Assembly (NCBI GenBank): GCA_017654855.1
Contig: CM030338.1
Span: 4,092,001 to 4,156,000, forward strand
Source of the DNA: Podospora anserina
Lineage: Eukaryota
Direction: 5' to 3'
Length of the DNA stretch: 64,000 bases
Position numbers and translations under genes: made by a program. A model generated the notes under the pieces. The model searched no databases. It was not told the DNA's origin and was given only the letters and a program-made list of their open reading frames with translations. Positions 62,814 to 64,000 of this stretch are shown here, in pieces. Position 1 is the stretch's first letter, and every line of letters begins with the position of its first letter.

Positions 62814-64000
62814 TGAGAGTATGAGTAAGGAAGCGGGGCTCTCAGAGGACTCAGGGGTTCAGGGGTCATGTATATAAGCGGTCTGCTTCGGACATTCTAT
62901 TTCAGACAGATCATCGACTTTTATTCTTTGCTTCGTATTTTGTGCCTTGCACGCGTGCAGGCAATTCTGGCCCTCTGATCAGGCCAATCCGGTGCTTATT
63001 ATGTGGCCTGCGAGCCCATAGTGTCTTTTCTTTGTCCTACGTGAAGTGCGGCCTGCGAGCGAGTCACTGTCACGCAGGTGTGTTCATTCTGAGACCTGTT
63101 GAGAGTATATTTGTGGTGTTGTGGTTGTTTTGTGTGTTTTCTCACCATTTCAAATGGAGGTCGTGCCCGGGTTGAGCAAAGCTCAGGGTCCAAACTGGAC
63201 TCACAAGCCCTGGGTACTGGAGGAAGTGCGAAGCCACGAACGACAACAAGCACCGACAACTTCACTGAACCCCGCGAGGTTCAACGGAAACGATTCTTCT
63301 CCGTCTGATCGGATAAAGCTCTTTCATCATCGACCAAACTCTAAACTTTCTGCCCGCGAGTGGAGAGTCAAGTGTGTGGTCCGGATGGGACCGGGAAGTG
63401 AACTAAGAGCATTGGTTGAGACTAGCTCGTTAGTGGACCTTATCTCCGCGTCAACTATCAAAGTCCTCTCCTATCTTTGGTTAGGAGGAATCCTCCTGGT
63501 GTGTTGTTTAGCGATGGTGGACAATCGTGGGGATTTCCGGGTCAGTTTGACTCAGGACATCGGGAACCCAAAAGCAAGGAGACGTGGACACTTTCCCTCT
63601 GATCTGGGTAGATGTAACTCATGCCCACATACTGGAGTTGCAAGGGACAACCGTCTTCATATTTCCAACAACATACACAAGGAAAAAGCCATACCACCAA
63701 CGCAAACGCAACAGCAATCATCGAGTATCGACATGTCCGACAATGTCCCACCCATCGCTTCGGCTAGCCTTCCCGGCGACAACCAGGGGTATCAAGCTCC
63801 TACGGCTCGTTCCGTGGTAGAAGTGGCCATTCCGGCGGCCAGGTCCCCGGAATCATCACCATTCGTCCTCTCCCCGGCTGCGAACCGCGCTCACCCTGAA
63901 GATGCTGAGACCCCTCGCCCCTTTCTGATCAAGGTGGCCCGACTGCAAGGCCCAACGCTCCTGACGTGCCAGGTGGACCTCGTACCCACCCAAATCCTGC
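62814..64000 (+). mobile_element. 5' end of an apparently un-RIPed LTR retrotransposon: LTR 62814-63152 (or 63144), PBS 63155-63171
   Basis: TGAGAG...TCA ends, TATATAA near 62871, TGG-initiated PBS just after the LTR, normal CpA/TpG content, sharp junction inside the copia pol. Confidence 0.75.
63733..64000 (+). CDS. 5' part of putative gag/ORF1 of the un-RIPed element (runs off window)
   Basis: MSDNVPPIASASLPGDNQGYQAP... is open to the window end and lies downstream of the LTR and PBS; no diagnostic motif yet. Confidence 0.5.
   Translation, partial: MSDNVPPIASASLPGDNQGYQAPTARSVVEVAIPAARSPESSPFVLSPAANRAHPEDAETPRPFLIKVARLQGPTLLTCQVDLVPTQIL

Noticed and set aside
53400-64000. Possible Starship/Enterprise or Spok block boundary
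   Set aside because: No DUF3435 tyrosine recombinase or Spok-like ORF seen; the junctions are explained by LTR and pogo termini.

Overview
Fungal genomic DNA with short GT-AG introns and RIP-damaged repeats. The Atp9-5-type nuclear ATP synthase subunit c gene and the repeat families suggest the Podospora anserina species complex, probably chromosome 5 (inference). Bases 1-53.3 kb are gene-dense. They hold a thioredoxin, four tRNA genes (a tandem tRNA-Thr pair, an intron-containing tRNA-Phe, tRNA-Gly) and a DIT1-type isocyanide synthase / CYP56 (DIT2) / DTR1-like MFS cluster. Directly after that cluster is a block with SreA-type ATCWGATAA sites: a GNAT, an AMID-like oxidoreductase, a kinase-HAD-PRTase fusion, a CFEM protein and a siderophore transporter. 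Further on are an amino-acid permease, MATE, YhhN, a RIPed Fot1/pogo transposon, PI-PLC, several hydrolases, atp9, an adjacent AA16 LPMO + AA8 cytochrome pair and two paralogous 10-Cys secreted proteins. From about 53.4 kb the window is an AT-rich nest of RIPed transposons (pogo, 202-bp satellite, gypsy and copia elements inserted in one another). It ends in an apparently intact, un-RIPed LTR retrotransposon with a tRNA-type primer binding site. The best candidates for something new are the putative metal-acquisition island (7.4-26.6 kb), the AA16/AA8 pair and the un-RIPed retroelement. Exon boundaries were read by eye and no database searches were run.
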